Positions 1 through 8,991 of a stretch of 48,464 bases of DNA are shown here, one piece after another. Numbering within the stretch: the first letter of the stretch is position 1; every line of letters starts with the position of its first letter. Location: the NCBI GenBank assembly GCA_043810695.1, contig JBDRNV010000018.1:1-48464 (forward strand), written 5' to 3'. A program made the position numbers and the translations under genes. This DNA is from Nanobdellota archaeon (GTDB lineage: Archaea; Nanobdellota; Nanobdellia; Pacearchaeales; GW2011-AR1). Below the pieces are notes generated by a model. It was given only the letters and a program-made list of their open reading frames with translations. It was not told where the DNA came from and made no database searches.

Positions 1-88
1 TTTTTATCTTACGAACACTTTTAGGAGCGTGTTTTCTTATTACTTTATGTATATGCTCGTGAGTATGCTCTGGATACACCATTTTCAT
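1..88 (-). CDS. Hypothetical protein, N-terminal fragment (gene continues beyond the left edge)
   Basis: A minus-strand ATG at 88-86 opens a frame reading MKMVYPEHTHEHIHKVIRKHAPKSVRKIK that is still open at position 1. It is too short for the ORF track and no family is recognised. Confidence 0.25.
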   Translation of the reverse strand, partial: MKMVYPEHTHEHIHKVIRKHAPKSVRKIK

Positions 89-222
89 CTAATTTTTATT
101 ATCTTATAAGTAAAAATACATATATAAATTTAATATTTTTAATTATAATAACTTTAAGAAATTATTAAATTAAGAATTCTCTTATTATTCCTAAAAGTCT
201 ATTTTATTAACTTCGTAATAAT

Positions 223-483
223 TTATTTTGCAAGAAAAACTTGATCATTCGGCCTTACTTTCTCCGGAACTTTTATTCCAATGTGGTCACCTTTTTTTGC
301 TTCTTTCACTTCTTTTCTTTCTATCTGCATGCTTTTTACTGGAAGTTCAAAATCAGTTGTATGTCCTTTTATGTGAATTTTGTCCCCCACCTTTAATTTT
401 CCTGAAAGTTTTATTGCAGCCACACCGACATGACTAAAATAACTAGAAATTCTTCCTATTTCTTTGTCCTGTGCTTTTTTCAT
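223..483 (-). CDS. Small EF-Tu domain-2-like beta-barrel protein (translation elongation factor-like protein)
   Basis: 86 aa. IGRISSYFSHVGVAAIKLSGKLKVGDKIHIKGHTTDFELPVKSMQIE..VKEAKKGDHIGIKV matches the pattern of stand-alone GTP_EFTU_D2-like proteins. The antisense ORF 228..437 is a shadow. Confidence 0.6.
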   Translation of the reverse strand: MKKAQDKEIGRISSYFSHVGVAAIKLSGKLKVGDKIHIKGHTTDFELPVKSMQIERKEVKEAKKGDHIGIKVPEKVRPNDQVFLAK

Positions 484-549
484 ATTTTTTATAAGAATTA
501 AGGATATTTAAATTTAGTGATTATTCTCTGCCCTAATAATGCTTAAATA

Positions 550-732
550 TTGCTATTTACTTTAAAATACATGGAAAATGAAGAAAACAGATGCAAGAAG
601 TGCAATGGGACCGGAAGGATTAAAGACAAAGACGGAACTATTCATACTTGTTTTGATTGCCTTGCCGACGGAAAAATGGATCAGCATGATAAAAATCCAA
701 AAACAGCAGAAGAATTAAGGATTAAGCTATAA
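550..732 (+). CDS. Small zinc-ribbon protein (CxxCxGxG ... CxxC)
   Basis: The track ORF starts at TTG 550; ATG 571 (MENEENR...) is a more likely start. CKKCNGTGR...CFDC resembles a DnaJ-type zinc knuckle. Confidence 0.5.
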   Translation: MLFTLKYMENEENRCKKCNGTGRIKDKDGTIHTCFDCLADGKMDQHDKNPKTAEELRIKL

Positions 733-758
733 TTTTTTCTAAAGTTAAAATATAAAAA

Positions 759-831
759 TAGCCCTGCCAGGATTCGAACCTGGGTCTAAGGCGCCAGAGG
801 CCTTCATATTTGACCACTATACTACAGGGCT
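759..831 (-). tRNA. tRNA-Gln (anticodon CUG)
   Basis: The reverse complement folds as a cloverleaf. Acceptor AGCCCTG/CAGGGCT (A1:U72, typical of archaeal tRNA-Gln); D stem GTAT/ATAT; anticodon stem AAGGC/GCCTT with loop CTCTGGC (anticodon CTG); T arm CCAGG-TTCGAAT-CCTGG. No encoded CCA and no intron. Confidence 0.9.
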
Positions 832-991
832 GTGTGTTCAACTTCCCTTATAAATCTTATAAAAAACAGGTATTAAAAACTTGTTATTTTTTAGGAGTTA
901 AGTCAGGAAGTGTCTCTTTTTTGGAATTAGAAAAATTTTTATATGGCTTATTGTTAATATATTTAGGAGTTTTATAGAAATATTAATAAAA

Positions 992-1300
992 ATGGTGAAT
1001 TTTTGGATAATTGGGATAATTGCTATAATTGTTCTTTTTTTATTTTTTAAGATGAATAACGCTAGGACAAAAATGGCATTTCTTTTTATCGCTCTTGGAA
1101 TGATTTTTCTGCTTTTAACAGGTTATTTAATTTTTTCAGGAAAGGAAGTTAATTTAACATCAATAGAAGGGGTATCTTCTGCAGCAAAGACTTATGTAGC
1201 ATGGCTTGGAAATGCAGGTTCAAATATTGCTAAGGCATCAAGCTATGTATTCAAACAGGATTGGAAAGGAGAACCTGCAAATAATAATAGTGCTGGCTAG
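992..1300 (+). CDS. Small membrane protein, unknown function
   Basis: 102 aa with two hydrophobic helices (FWIIGIIAIIVLFLFF and AFLFIALGMIFLLLTGYLIF). No family recognised. Confidence 0.5.
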   Translation: MVNFWIIGIIAIIVLFLFFKMNNARTKMAFLFIALGMIFLLLTGYLIFSGKEVNLTSIEGVSSAAKTYVAWLGNAGSNIAKASSYVFKQDWKGEPANNNSAG

Positions 1301-1402
1301 AATTTTCCACAATAATTTTTATAATTTATCTAGAAAAATAAAATACCCAACATAAGTTTTAAAAACTATATATCCTAATAGAGAATATACTTTTAGTATA
1401 AC

Positions 1403-1660
1403 ATGGTAACAAAAAAAAGAGCAAAAAAAGAATCTGTAAACAAAAAACCATCTCTGCTTAGAAACAGAAGTGATTTGGCGTGGAAGAATTTTATTTTATT
1501 TCTTGTATTATTTTTGTTATCTTTCATTTTGTGGACATTTTCTTCAAGCGAACTTCTCCAAAATTTCTTTGGTATACTTTCAATAATTCTTGGATTTCTA
1601 GCTTTTGCTATTTTAATTGCCTTTATTGTGTTAGTTATTCTTAAATCAGGAAAGAAATAA
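1403..1660 (+). CDS. Small membrane protein, unknown function
   Basis: 85 aa with a basic N-terminus followed by two hydrophobic helices (FILFLVLFLLSFILWTF and ILSIILGFLAFAILIAFIVLVIL). Confidence 0.5.
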   Translation: MVTKKRAKKESVNKKPSLLRNRSDLAWKNFILFLVLFLLSFILWTFSSSELLQNFFGILSIILGFLAFAILIAFIVLVILKSGKK

Positions 1661-1752
1661 ATAATTTTTTAATTAATTTAGTTCTATTAGTAACCTCCTT
1701 ATACCCATTAAACTTTTATACCCTTTTTTATTTTTATTATTACTAAGAATAA

Positions 1753-1779
1753 GCCACAGTAGCTGGTCGGTTAGAAGCT
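1753..1779 (+). pseudogene. tRNA 5'-half-like fragment (acceptor 5' strand plus D arm only)
   Basis: GCCACAGTAGCTGGTCGGTTAGAAGCT resembles the first ~27 nt of the adjacent tRNA-Thr (GCCTCAGTAGCTCAGTCGGTTAGAGCG). No anticodon or T arm follows. Confidence 0.4.
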
Positions 1780-1803
1780 AAAGCTAAACCGCCTTCACAA
1801 TAA

Positions 1804-1877
1804 GCCTCAGTAGCTCAGTCGGTTAGAGCGCAACATTGGTAATGTTGAGGTCCGGAGTTCAACTCTCCGCTGAGGCT
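1804..1877 (+). tRNA. tRNA-Thr (anticodon GGU)
   Basis: Acceptor GCCTCAG/CTGAGGC; D arm GCTC-AGTCGGTTA-GAGC; anticodon stem CAACA/TGTTG with loop TTGGTAA (GGT at 1838-1840); T arm CGGAG-TTCAACT-CTCCG; discriminator T. No CCA and no intron. Confidence 0.92.
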
Positions 1878-1915
1878 TTACTAACATTTATAAAATATAC
1901 GCCTCAAATTAATAA

Positions 1916-2404
1916 ATGGCAAAAGAAGAACAAACGCTTGAGAAACTTAAGAAAGATTACGAAATTATACAGAAAAAACATTCCCTTCCTGATTTTGAAA
2001 AACTTAACGAAGATTTTTGCATAGAAAAGGCTGTGGAATTTGAAACAGAGATTCTGATAAGGGAAGTAAGGAAATTTGTAGGAGATAAGATAATTAATTA
2101 TATGAGATTTATAGAGAATTTCATAAATCCTGTAAACGCGCCAATGTTTGTGTTTTCAATTATAAAACTTCTTGATGCTGAAGAAAAAAAGAAGCTTTCT
2201 GAAATTTATAAGGAGCTTATGAAGAAAGAAATCAAATTTATAGAGCTTGATCTTGAATTTGATGAGGAAAAAGAAGCAGAATTTATTAAGGATTCTTATG
2301 AATTCTGGCAGGGAATAAAAAAAGATCTTTTGGAGATTATGAGAAAGATAAATTCAAGGTGGGATGATAAATCAGAGGCAAACAGCAAGGGATATTTTGG
2401 CTGA
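1916..2404 (+). CDS. Hypothetical acidic, helical protein
   Basis: 162-aa ORF with ATG at 1916 just downstream of tRNA-Thr. Rich in E/K. No family recognised. Confidence 0.5.
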   Translation: MAKEEQTLEKLKKDYEIIQKKHSLPDFEKLNEDFCIEKAVEFETEILIREVRKFVGDKIINYMRFIENFINPVNAPMFVFSIIKLLDAEEKKKLSEIYKELMKKEIKFIELDLEFDEEKEAEFIKDSYEFWQGIKKDLLEIMRKINSRWDDKSEANSKGYFG

Positions 2405-2477
2405 ATATTTTAAATTATTAATATTAAAAAATAAATTTTAAATTAAAGGGGTAGGCTTAAATAAGTTTATTCTATTA

Positions 2478-4139
2478 CTAATTATTCTTGATTAAGTCTT
2501 CTAGAATTTCATCAATATCAATTTCAAAAAGAGCAACAGGCATTTTTATTTTCCAGTTTTTCAGTATTTTTGGATGAATTTCCCCTAGAAAACCAATAGA
2601 TTTCCCATTAATCATTATTTCTGCTGTTCTTCCTTCAATAAAGTAAGAAGGGATATTTTCTGTTTCTTTTATAACTACTTCTTTATCTATCATATTGAAA
2701 AGATATTCAAGAATCTGTTTAATTCTTGTAAAATTTCCCGGAGATACAGCTGCAGCCAGAGTCTCTTTTTCTCTTATCTTTTCTTCTGCTTTTTCCTGAT
2801 TGAAAACCCTGCCAATTTCAAAAATCTGCTGTGGATACTCTGAATCAACATTTTCTGAAAAAATCTTTAATAAATAAGAAGACAAATCTTTTCTTAGAAT
2901 AGTATACTCTGTTTTTGAATTTTCCAATTCAAGAAAACCTTTTTCCTGCTTTTCAGGAATTCCCATTTTAGTAAATTGATCTTCTTTGTTTGTTAGATGA
3001 TAATTAGAGATTTCAAGCATGTTTAATCCAGAAAGAATTTCAGCTATTTTTCTTTTTAGAATTTCTTTTGGATTTTCTTTTCCTATTGTTGAAATTTTTG
3101 AAATTTCTGGAACAAGATTTTCATATCCATATGCTATTGCAACATCTTCAATAATATCAACTTCATGAAGGATATCAATTCTCCATGCAGGAATTTCTAT
3201 AAAATTATTTTTATAATTATATCCCATTTTTTCAATTAATTTTTTAAGCTCTTTTTCTTTAAGTTCCAAACCCAAAAGTTTATTTGTATTCTCTAAAGAG
3301 ATTTTTATTTTTTTAGGAGTTAAGTCGGGAAGTGTCTCTTTCTTTTTGTATTTTAAATTCATTTGATAAATTTTCCCGCCCATTTCAGCAAGACTTGTTA
3401 CAATTATATTTAGACAGATTTTTAATACTTCAAAATCAAATCCAGAACATTCAACAAAAACATCTTTAGTTTCAGAAGTTATTCGTCCTGTTAATTGAGA
3501 ATTAATTATTGGAGGCATGCTTAATATTTTATTATCCGCATCTATAAAAACAGGGAATTTTGCTTTTCCAGCTAGAAGATGAGCATACTCTTTTCCTGCA
3601 GGATGTCTTTGAAGAATTTCTAAGCCAGAAAGTTTCTTATCCATTTCTAAAGGAATGAATTTTATCTGATCGGGTTCCATTGCCTTAAAAGTTATAGGCA
3701 GCTTAATCTTTTCAAGAGGATATATTCCTAACGCAACTTTTTTTCTTTTTCTTCCTATTGTAATATGAAGCTTTTCTTGTGTTTCAATTAATTCTTTTAT
3801 TTTTTCATCATCTAATTTTAAATTTCTAACAATTGCACATGCAGTATAAGGTCTTATATCATTTACAGAACTGTCAATTATAACTTCATAGTCTTTTTCA
3901 GGTTTATTTATTGGATATTCCTTTAATCCTTCTTCTTTTCCAGTAAATGAACGAAAAGCTCTTTTAAATCCCTGATAAGATAAAAGATCAGGTCGATTAG
4001 GAAAAATTTCCAAAGAAAACTCATTTTCTGTAACAGTTTCAACAGGAGCACCAAACATTGAAATTCTGTTTTGCATTTCTTCATCAAGTTTTTTAAAGTC
4101 TCTTTCAAACTGTTTTCGGTTAAAAGTTACTAGTGCCAT
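2478..4139 (-). CDS. pheT: Phenylalanine--tRNA ligase beta subunit (archaeal type)
   Basis: 553 aa. N-terminal B3/B4 signature FPNRPDLLSYQGFKRAF and archaeal PheT length and architecture. Same operon as pheS. Confidence 0.9.
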   Translation of the reverse strand: MALVTFNRKQFERDFKKLDEEMQNRISMFGAPVETVTENEFSLEIFPNRPDLLSYQGFKRAFRSFTGKEEGLKEYPINKPEKDYEVIIDSSVNDIRPYTACAIVRNLKLDDEKIKELIETQEKLHITIGRKRKKVALGIYPLEKIKLPITFKAMEPDQIKFIPLEMDKKLSGLEILQRHPAGKEYAHLLAGKAKFPVFIDADNKILSMPPIINSQLTGRITSETKDVFVECSGFDFEVLKICLNIIVTSLAEMGGKIYQMNLKYKKKETLPDLTPKKIKISLENTNKLLGLELKEKELKKLIEKMGYNYKNNFIEIPAWRIDILHEVDIIEDVAIAYGYENLVPEISKISTIGKENPKEILKRKIAEILSGLNMLEISNYHLTNKEDQFTKMGIPEKQEKGFLELENSKTEYTILRKDLSSYLLKIFSENVDSEYPQQIFEIGRVFNQEKAEEKIREKETLAAAVSPGNFTRIKQILEYLFNMIDKEVVIKETENIPSYFIEGRTAEIMINGKSIGFLGEIHPKILKNWKIKMPVALFEIDIDEILEDLIKNN

Positions 4140-4140
4140 T

Positions 4141-4587
4141 TTAGCCCTTTATTTTATCTGCGATTTTTTTTAATTCTTCGAGTGTTTTTTCAGGGCCAAG
4201 TTGTGTTGAGATATATCCTTTGTATCTTTTGAAATATATTCTTTTTTGTGCCCAGATTTCTTTGAATTTTTCATCTAGTCCATGCAATGGATAAAGTTTA
4301 ATGTGAACATGATTAACTCCAAGACCTTCCATGACTATTGCCACTCTTTTTACATTTAATTTTTTTTCAAGTAGTTTTGAAACTTTTTTTGCAACAATCA
4401 TTAGTTCTTGATAATTACTATCAGGCATATCAGTAGCATCACTATCATAATGCTCTTTTGTTAAAATCAAAGTCATTCCTTCAACATTTGGATTTTTATC
4501 TAATATTGCAAGATGTTTTTCATCTTCCCAAATTTTAACAGCTGGAATTTCTCCGTTTGCAATTTTACAAAAAATACAGTTTTTCAT
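4141..4587 (-). CDS. HIT (histidine triad) family protein with a variant triad
   Basis: 148 aa. N-terminal CIFCKIANGEIPAVKIWEDEKHLAILDKNP and C-terminal GVNHVHIKLYP fit the HIT fold, but the triad reads H-x-H-x-K. Starts 4 nt inside pheS (4584-4587) and ends 1 nt before pheT. Confidence 0.75.
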   Translation of the reverse strand: MKNCIFCKIANGEIPAVKIWEDEKHLAILDKNPNVEGMTLILTKEHYDSDATDMPDSNYQELMIVAKKVSKLLEKKLNVKRVAIVMEGLGVNHVHIKLYPLHGLDEKFKEIWAQKRIYFKRYKGYISTQLGPEKTLEELKKIADKIKG

Positions 4588-6104
4588 TTCATCAAAAATT
4601 TCATTTTTCTTAATTTAGTTAAATCGTTTTTATATAAATCCCTTATATCTTTTATATTAAACATATTCATTATCATCCTGTCAAATCCAGGACCCCAGGC
4701 AAGAACAGGAATTGGTTTTCCTAAAAGCGGTTCTGTGACTTCTGGACGGAAAATACCTGCTGCAAAAACTTCTACCCATTGTTTCTTTTCCTCATTCCAA
4801 ACTTCTCCTTCAACACTTGGTTCTGTGTAAGGAAAATAACTAGGACGGAATCTTACCTTTTTAAAACCCATTTTCTCTGCGAACTGCTTTAGATATCCAA
4901 GAAGATTTCTAAGATTTGCATTTTCATCAACTACAATTCCTTCTGTTTGATTGAATTCAAAACTATGCTTCCAATCCAGAGTTTCATTTCGAAAGCATTT
5001 TCCAACTGCGAAGAATTTAGCTGGAATATCTTCTTTTTTTAAACTTGCAAGTGTTTGTGCAGACAAACAAGTAGTATGTGTTCTTAAAACAGCTTTTTTT
5101 GCTTCTTCTTCATTCCATTCATATTGCCAACCTCTGCTTCCATTAACTCCTTTTTCATGGCTTTTTTTGACTTTTTCTATTATTTTTTTATCTGGAAGAA
5201 GTATTTTTTTATTAATAAAGAAAGTGTCCTGCATTTCTCTTACAGGGTGATCTTGAGCAGTGAATAATGCATCAAAATTCCAGAAAGAACTTTGGATTAA
5301 ATTTCCATTCATTTCTTGAAAACCCATCTCTGTCCATGCTTTTCTTGCATAATCAATTGCTTGATTCACAAAATGCCTTTTTCCTCCACTTATTGAGGAA
5401 ACAGGAAGAGAAACATCATACCTCCTAAATTTTTTGCCTTTCCATGCTATATCTTTTTTAAGAATTTCAGAGGTTATCTGTTCAATTAAATCTTTTCTTC
5501 CAGTATCTGCTTCAATTATTTTTTTTCCTAAATTGGTTATTTTTATACTAATAATCTTCTTTTCATTTATCTGAACAAGGTCCTTTCTTTTTTTAAGAGA
5601 ATCTAATATTGAAAGCTGATCTTCATTTAGAAATTCATATTCAAGAGGAAGAGTTTCAAGAAATAATTCTTCACGGCTTTTTTTTGCAATTTCCTCTTTA
5701 TTTGCACTGAATATTATTTTTTCTTTTTTTAATTCAATAAGATTGTTTTTTTTCAGTGCACCTATTGAAGCTTTAAACTCATCATCTGAAAGTCCGCTCT
5801 GCTTTTGAGCTTCATTAAGTCTTAATATTCTCTTTTCATTTAGAATATTTAATAATCTTCTTTCAGGCAAACCTTTTTTCCTATATAATGCACCATTTAC
5901 TCCTATCTCAATTATTTTCTTTTTGTCTGTGAAAATTTCAACCATCCCCTTATTTTTAAGATATTCAAGAGATCTTAAAACAGAAACTCTATCAAGATTT
6001 GATTTTTTGCAAATTTCAGATATTTTCTTTTCTTCCAAATAGGGAAGTATTTTTTTCTCATTTGGGCTTAGAGATTCCAGAATTTTTTCTGTATCTGATT
6101 TCAT
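4584..6104 (-). CDS. pheS: Phenylalanine--tRNA ligase alpha subunit (archaeal/eukaryal type)
   Basis: 506 aa. N-terminal winged-helix repeats followed by a class II core (FRNE..., GPGFDRMIM motif 3). Confidence 0.92.
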   Translation of the reverse strand: MKSDTEKILESLSPNEKKILPYLEEKKISEICKKSNLDRVSVLRSLEYLKNKGMVEIFTDKKKIIEIGVNGALYRKKGLPERRLLNILNEKRILRLNEAQKQSGLSDDEFKASIGALKKNNLIELKKEKIIFSANKEEIAKKSREELFLETLPLEYEFLNEDQLSILDSLKKRKDLVQINEKKIISIKITNLGKKIIEADTGRKDLIEQITSEILKKDIAWKGKKFRRYDVSLPVSSISGGKRHFVNQAIDYARKAWTEMGFQEMNGNLIQSSFWNFDALFTAQDHPVREMQDTFFINKKILLPDKKIIEKVKKSHEKGVNGSRGWQYEWNEEEAKKAVLRTHTTCLSAQTLASLKKEDIPAKFFAVGKCFRNETLDWKHSFEFNQTEGIVVDENANLRNLLGYLKQFAEKMGFKKVRFRPSYFPYTEPSVEGEVWNEEKKQWVEVFAAGIFRPEVTEPLLGKPIPVLAWGPGFDRMIMNMFNIKDIRDLYKNDLTKLRKMKFLMK

Positions 6105-6173
6105 GTTAATATTAATAAGATTGAGGTTAAAAGGATTTTGTTTTGTTAATGCAAAATCCCTTGGTTATAAATA

Positions 6174-6626
6174 TTACAAATATTTTGTCATCCAGGTGGG
6201 CATTCCAAGAACCAAGCCGAGAGACTTTAAATTATATTTATCCCTTTTTTCTTCTGAAATAAATTGCATTTTTAATTTATTCTTATTGCATAGTTTTATG
6301 TTCTGCTTTATTCTTGCAAGAATTTCTGATTTTTCTTTTTTTTCAGCTTTAAGAATTTCATCAAGATTAATGCCTATTGAAACTTTATTTTTTTTTGCTA
6401 GTTTTGCAAGAACTTGATTAAAGCCAGAGTTTCTTTGTTTTATCCAGTCTTTTCTGCTGGATAAAGATAGAAGAAGGACATTTATTTTTTCTTTCTCCAA
6501 AATTTTCCTGTTTAACCCGTCATCCTTGCCTGAAAAAACAATCTCTTTTCTTTCTTTCTGAGCTTCTCTTATTTTTTTTCTTGCTTTCAGAAAATCATCT
6601 TCATTAATTATTACATATCTTTCCAT
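6174..6626 (-). CDS. RNase P protein component 3 (Rpp30/p30)-like, short form
   Basis: 150 aa. NVLLLS..., NSGFNQVLAKLAKKNKVSIGINLDEIL and LKSLGLVLGM resemble the C-terminal two thirds of archaeal RNase P p30. It is shorter than typical p30. Confidence 0.45.
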   Translation of the reverse strand: MERYVIINEDDFLKARKKIREAQKERKEIVFSGKDDGLNRKILEKEKINVLLLSLSSRKDWIKQRNSGFNQVLAKLAKKNKVSIGINLDEILKAEKKEKSEILARIKQNIKLCNKNKLKMQFISEEKRDKYNLKSLGLVLGMPTWMTKYL

Positions 6627-6628
6627 AA

Positions 6629-7318
6629 TTATCCTTCAATAACAGTTCCTTTAAACTTTTTGTTTTGAAGAACATTTTCAAATTGTTTTAAATCCTCGCC
6701 AAGAATATATGTTTTTATTTTATTTTTCATTATAATTCCAGAAGCTCGCTGGTCAAGAACAAAATGCTGTCCTGGTTTAAATTTTATGAGATTAGCCATT
6801 TTATTAAAATTCTTCCATGATATTTCTGGAATAAGTTTTGCATCTTTATGTTTTAAGGGATTTTTGTCATGCAATCCTGAAACATTTGTGAGATTTATAA
6901 AAGGAGATTTAAAAGATATTGCAAGTTCTGCTGCCTGCGCATCTGTTGTTGCGCCAATCTTGTATGTAAGAGCACCACAAAATACAAAATTCTTTTTTAA
7001 AAGAATTCTTTTTATATCTTTTACATCATGTGGTATTCCTTTTTCAGAGTCTTGATTAAAAAAATAATTCATAAATCTAGCATTTATTCTTGTTGATGCT
7101 ATTCCGATAAGCCCTTGAAGATGTTCTAAAATACCTGCTTTTTCAAGTCCTTTTATGTATTTTCTTGCGATAATTCCCCCTCCACATACAATAACAAATT
7201 TGTATCTTTTTGTATTCTTTTTTATTATTTTTTTGAATTTTTTTAAGAAATCTGCATCAACTTCATCCGGAATTATAAGACTGCCTCCAAGACTTAAAAC
7301 TACCACCTTTTTTTGCAT
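6629..7318 (-). CDS. pyrH: UMP kinase, archaeal type (amino acid kinase family)
   Basis: 229 aa. VVLSLGGSLI, VCGGG..AR, GIASTRINARFM and GATTDAQAAELA..LTNVSGLHDKNP match the archaeal UMP kinase pattern. Confidence 0.8.
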   Translation of the reverse strand: MQKKVVVLSLGGSLIIPDEVDADFLKKFKKIIKKNTKRYKFVIVCGGGIIARKYIKGLEKAGILEHLQGLIGIASTRINARFMNYFFNQDSEKGIPHDVKDIKRILLKKNFVFCGALTYKIGATTDAQAAELAISFKSPFINLTNVSGLHDKNPLKHKDAKLIPEISWKNFNKMANLIKFKPGQHFVLDQRASGIIMKNKIKTYILGEDLKQFENVLQNKKFKGTVIEG

Positions 7319-7369
7319 AAATTAATTAAGAAGAAATTGTTTATAAATTTGTTCACCACTATCTCCAAC

Positions 7370-7663
7370 TTATTTTATTGTAAAAAATCTGTTATCTTTA
7401 ACATTAAAAATTCCAAGTCTTGCTCCTGAATCAAGCCAACCATGTGCATAGTTAAGAGCTGCAAAAGAGTTTACAAAATCTCCTTTATTTTGGAAATATT
7501 CAGAGTCTGATGCATAGTTTTTTACCATTGAAATTATTTCTTTCGCCTCTGATTCTTTCCCCTTTATTATTTCTTTTTCTGCGATTTTTAATGCTGTTAA
7601 AGTGAGAGCTCTATACTTTTCTATTTTATCTTTGGTTATTTTGTTTGTGGGCTGTGTTTTCAT
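7370..7663 (-). CDS. DUF357-like archaeal protein
   Basis: 97 aa. SEYFQNKGDFVNSFAALNYAHGWLDSGARLGIF matches my recollection of the DUF357 family. Confidence 0.45.
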   Translation of the reverse strand: MKTQPTNKITKDKIEKYRALTLTALKIAEKEIIKGKESEAKEIISMVKNYASDSEYFQNKGDFVNSFAALNYAHGWLDSGARLGIFNVKDNRFFTIK

Positions 7664-7747
7664 ATATTTTTATGGATTATTGATTTTTAAATTTGCCTGG
7701 AGTTTGGAAATGTTTAAATATAATCTCCTTTTTATTATTCTGTAAAA

Positions 7748-8536
7748 ATGAGGAAAACATTTTGGATTTTAGGAGTTGTATTATCTCTGCTTATTGTAGG
7801 ATTTTTTGTATCAGCCCAATTAGAAACGAATGAGGCAAATGCTGCACAATCTTCTGATTTATCTGAAAATCTTTCTGCTGAAGTTTTTGAAAAACCGGTT
7901 TCAACCCAAGCCCAGGAATATGTTTTAAATTTTGCAGAAAAAAGAGGAATTTTTCCATCTGAAATTTCATTTGTAAAAGAGGTTGATTTTGATGCTCTTC
8001 CTAAAGAAGTTAATATTGAAAATGTAGGAGATAATAATCTTGCTATATATGAGGTATCTTATGATAATCAAGGAATAGAAGATAAGGTTTATGTTGTAAC
8101 CTACTCTGTTGAAAAGCTTAGTTCACAGGGTGATTTGATTATTGCGCAAGATAAAAGGCAATTTTTGAATTTTGGATTTTCAGGAATGATGAATAGTTCG
8201 GGTTTCTTAAAAACAGCAACAGAAGTTGAAACAAATCTTGAGAAGGGATATGTCATGGTAAGAGATGGAAGCATTACCGCTGTTTCAACAAATCTTGAAG
8301 TTTTAAAAAGCAATCCAGGGGACATAGAAATAATTGTTTATGTAAATGGAAATCAGGTTGGATTTGGAAATCTTTTAAGCACAGAAACTGCAGAAGTGAA
8401 AAAAGATTATGATGTTCAATCAAAAGGCATTGTTAATTTTAAGGCAGGAGATGTTATTTCTGTTTATCTAAAATCAAATGGAGAGGCTGTCTGGGGAGAT
8501 GTGATAACAATTCTTGAGATAACAACAACAAATTAG
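7748..8536 (+). CDS. Secreted or membrane-anchored protein, unknown function
   Basis: 262 aa. N-terminal signal or anchor MRKTFWILGVVLSLLIVGFFVSAQ. No family recognised. Confidence 0.55.
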   Translation: MRKTFWILGVVLSLLIVGFFVSAQLETNEANAAQSSDLSENLSAEVFEKPVSTQAQEYVLNFAEKRGIFPSEISFVKEVDFDALPKEVNIENVGDNNLAIYEVSYDNQGIEDKVYVVTYSVEKLSSQGDLIIAQDKRQFLNFGFSGMMNSSGFLKTATEVETNLEKGYVMVRDGSITAVSTNLEVLKSNPGDIEIIVYVNGNQVGFGNLLSTETAEVKKDYDVQSKGIVNFKAGDVISVYLKSNGEAVWGDVITILEITTTN

Positions 8537-8629
8537 TTTTAATTTAAAATATTTTTAATCACTTATGGCTCAAAAAACATTATTTTCAACAAACCAAATA
8601 TTTTTAAATAGATTTTGTCTTAATTAACT

Positions 8630-8914
8630 ATGGCAGATAAAACAAAAACAGTGATGATTGTTTTAGTTGTGATTATTCTCGCCCTTGCTTCTTTTATTAC
8701 ATACTCTTTTTTGATAAAACCAACAATACAAGGATATGTTGTTAAACAACAGTCAGAAGGAATTACACAATGCTTGACTGCAATCTTAACGCAGATTCAG
8801 CAATATGGAGCTGTTCAGATTCCTCTCGGAGAGGATCAAGTTTTAACTTTAATTCAACCAGAAATGTGCTCACAAATTCAGCAACAACAGCAGCCAGAAG
8901 CGCCTGTTGAATAG
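8630..8914 (+). CDS. Small N-terminally anchored protein with a Q-rich tail
   Basis: 94 aa. TM helix VMIVLVVIILALASFITYSFLI and C-terminal QIQQQQQPEAP. Confidence 0.5.
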   Translation: MADKTKTVMIVLVVIILALASFITYSFLIKPTIQGYVVKQQSEGITQCLTAILTQIQQYGAVQIPLGEDQVLTLIQPEMCSQIQQQQQPEAPVE

Positions 8915-8961
8915 TCATCTTAATATCTACAGATTTTATTATTAATCAATTATATATTAAG

Positions 8962-8973
8962 TTTTATAAATAA
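8962..8973 (+). promoter_or_regulatory. Archaeal TATA box (TTTTATAAATAA) about 25 nt upstream of ATG 8992
   Basis: The identical 12-mer occurs at the same distance upstream of the paralog at 10301. The spacing implies a leaderless or near-leaderless transcript. Confidence 0.55.
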
Positions 8974-8991
8974 TAGAGTTTTCTTCTCTTA

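Noticed and set aside
1836-2024. 62-aa ORF starting at TTG 1836
   Set aside because: It starts inside the anticodon loop of tRNA-Thr and overlaps the better-supported ORF 1916..2404 in another frame.
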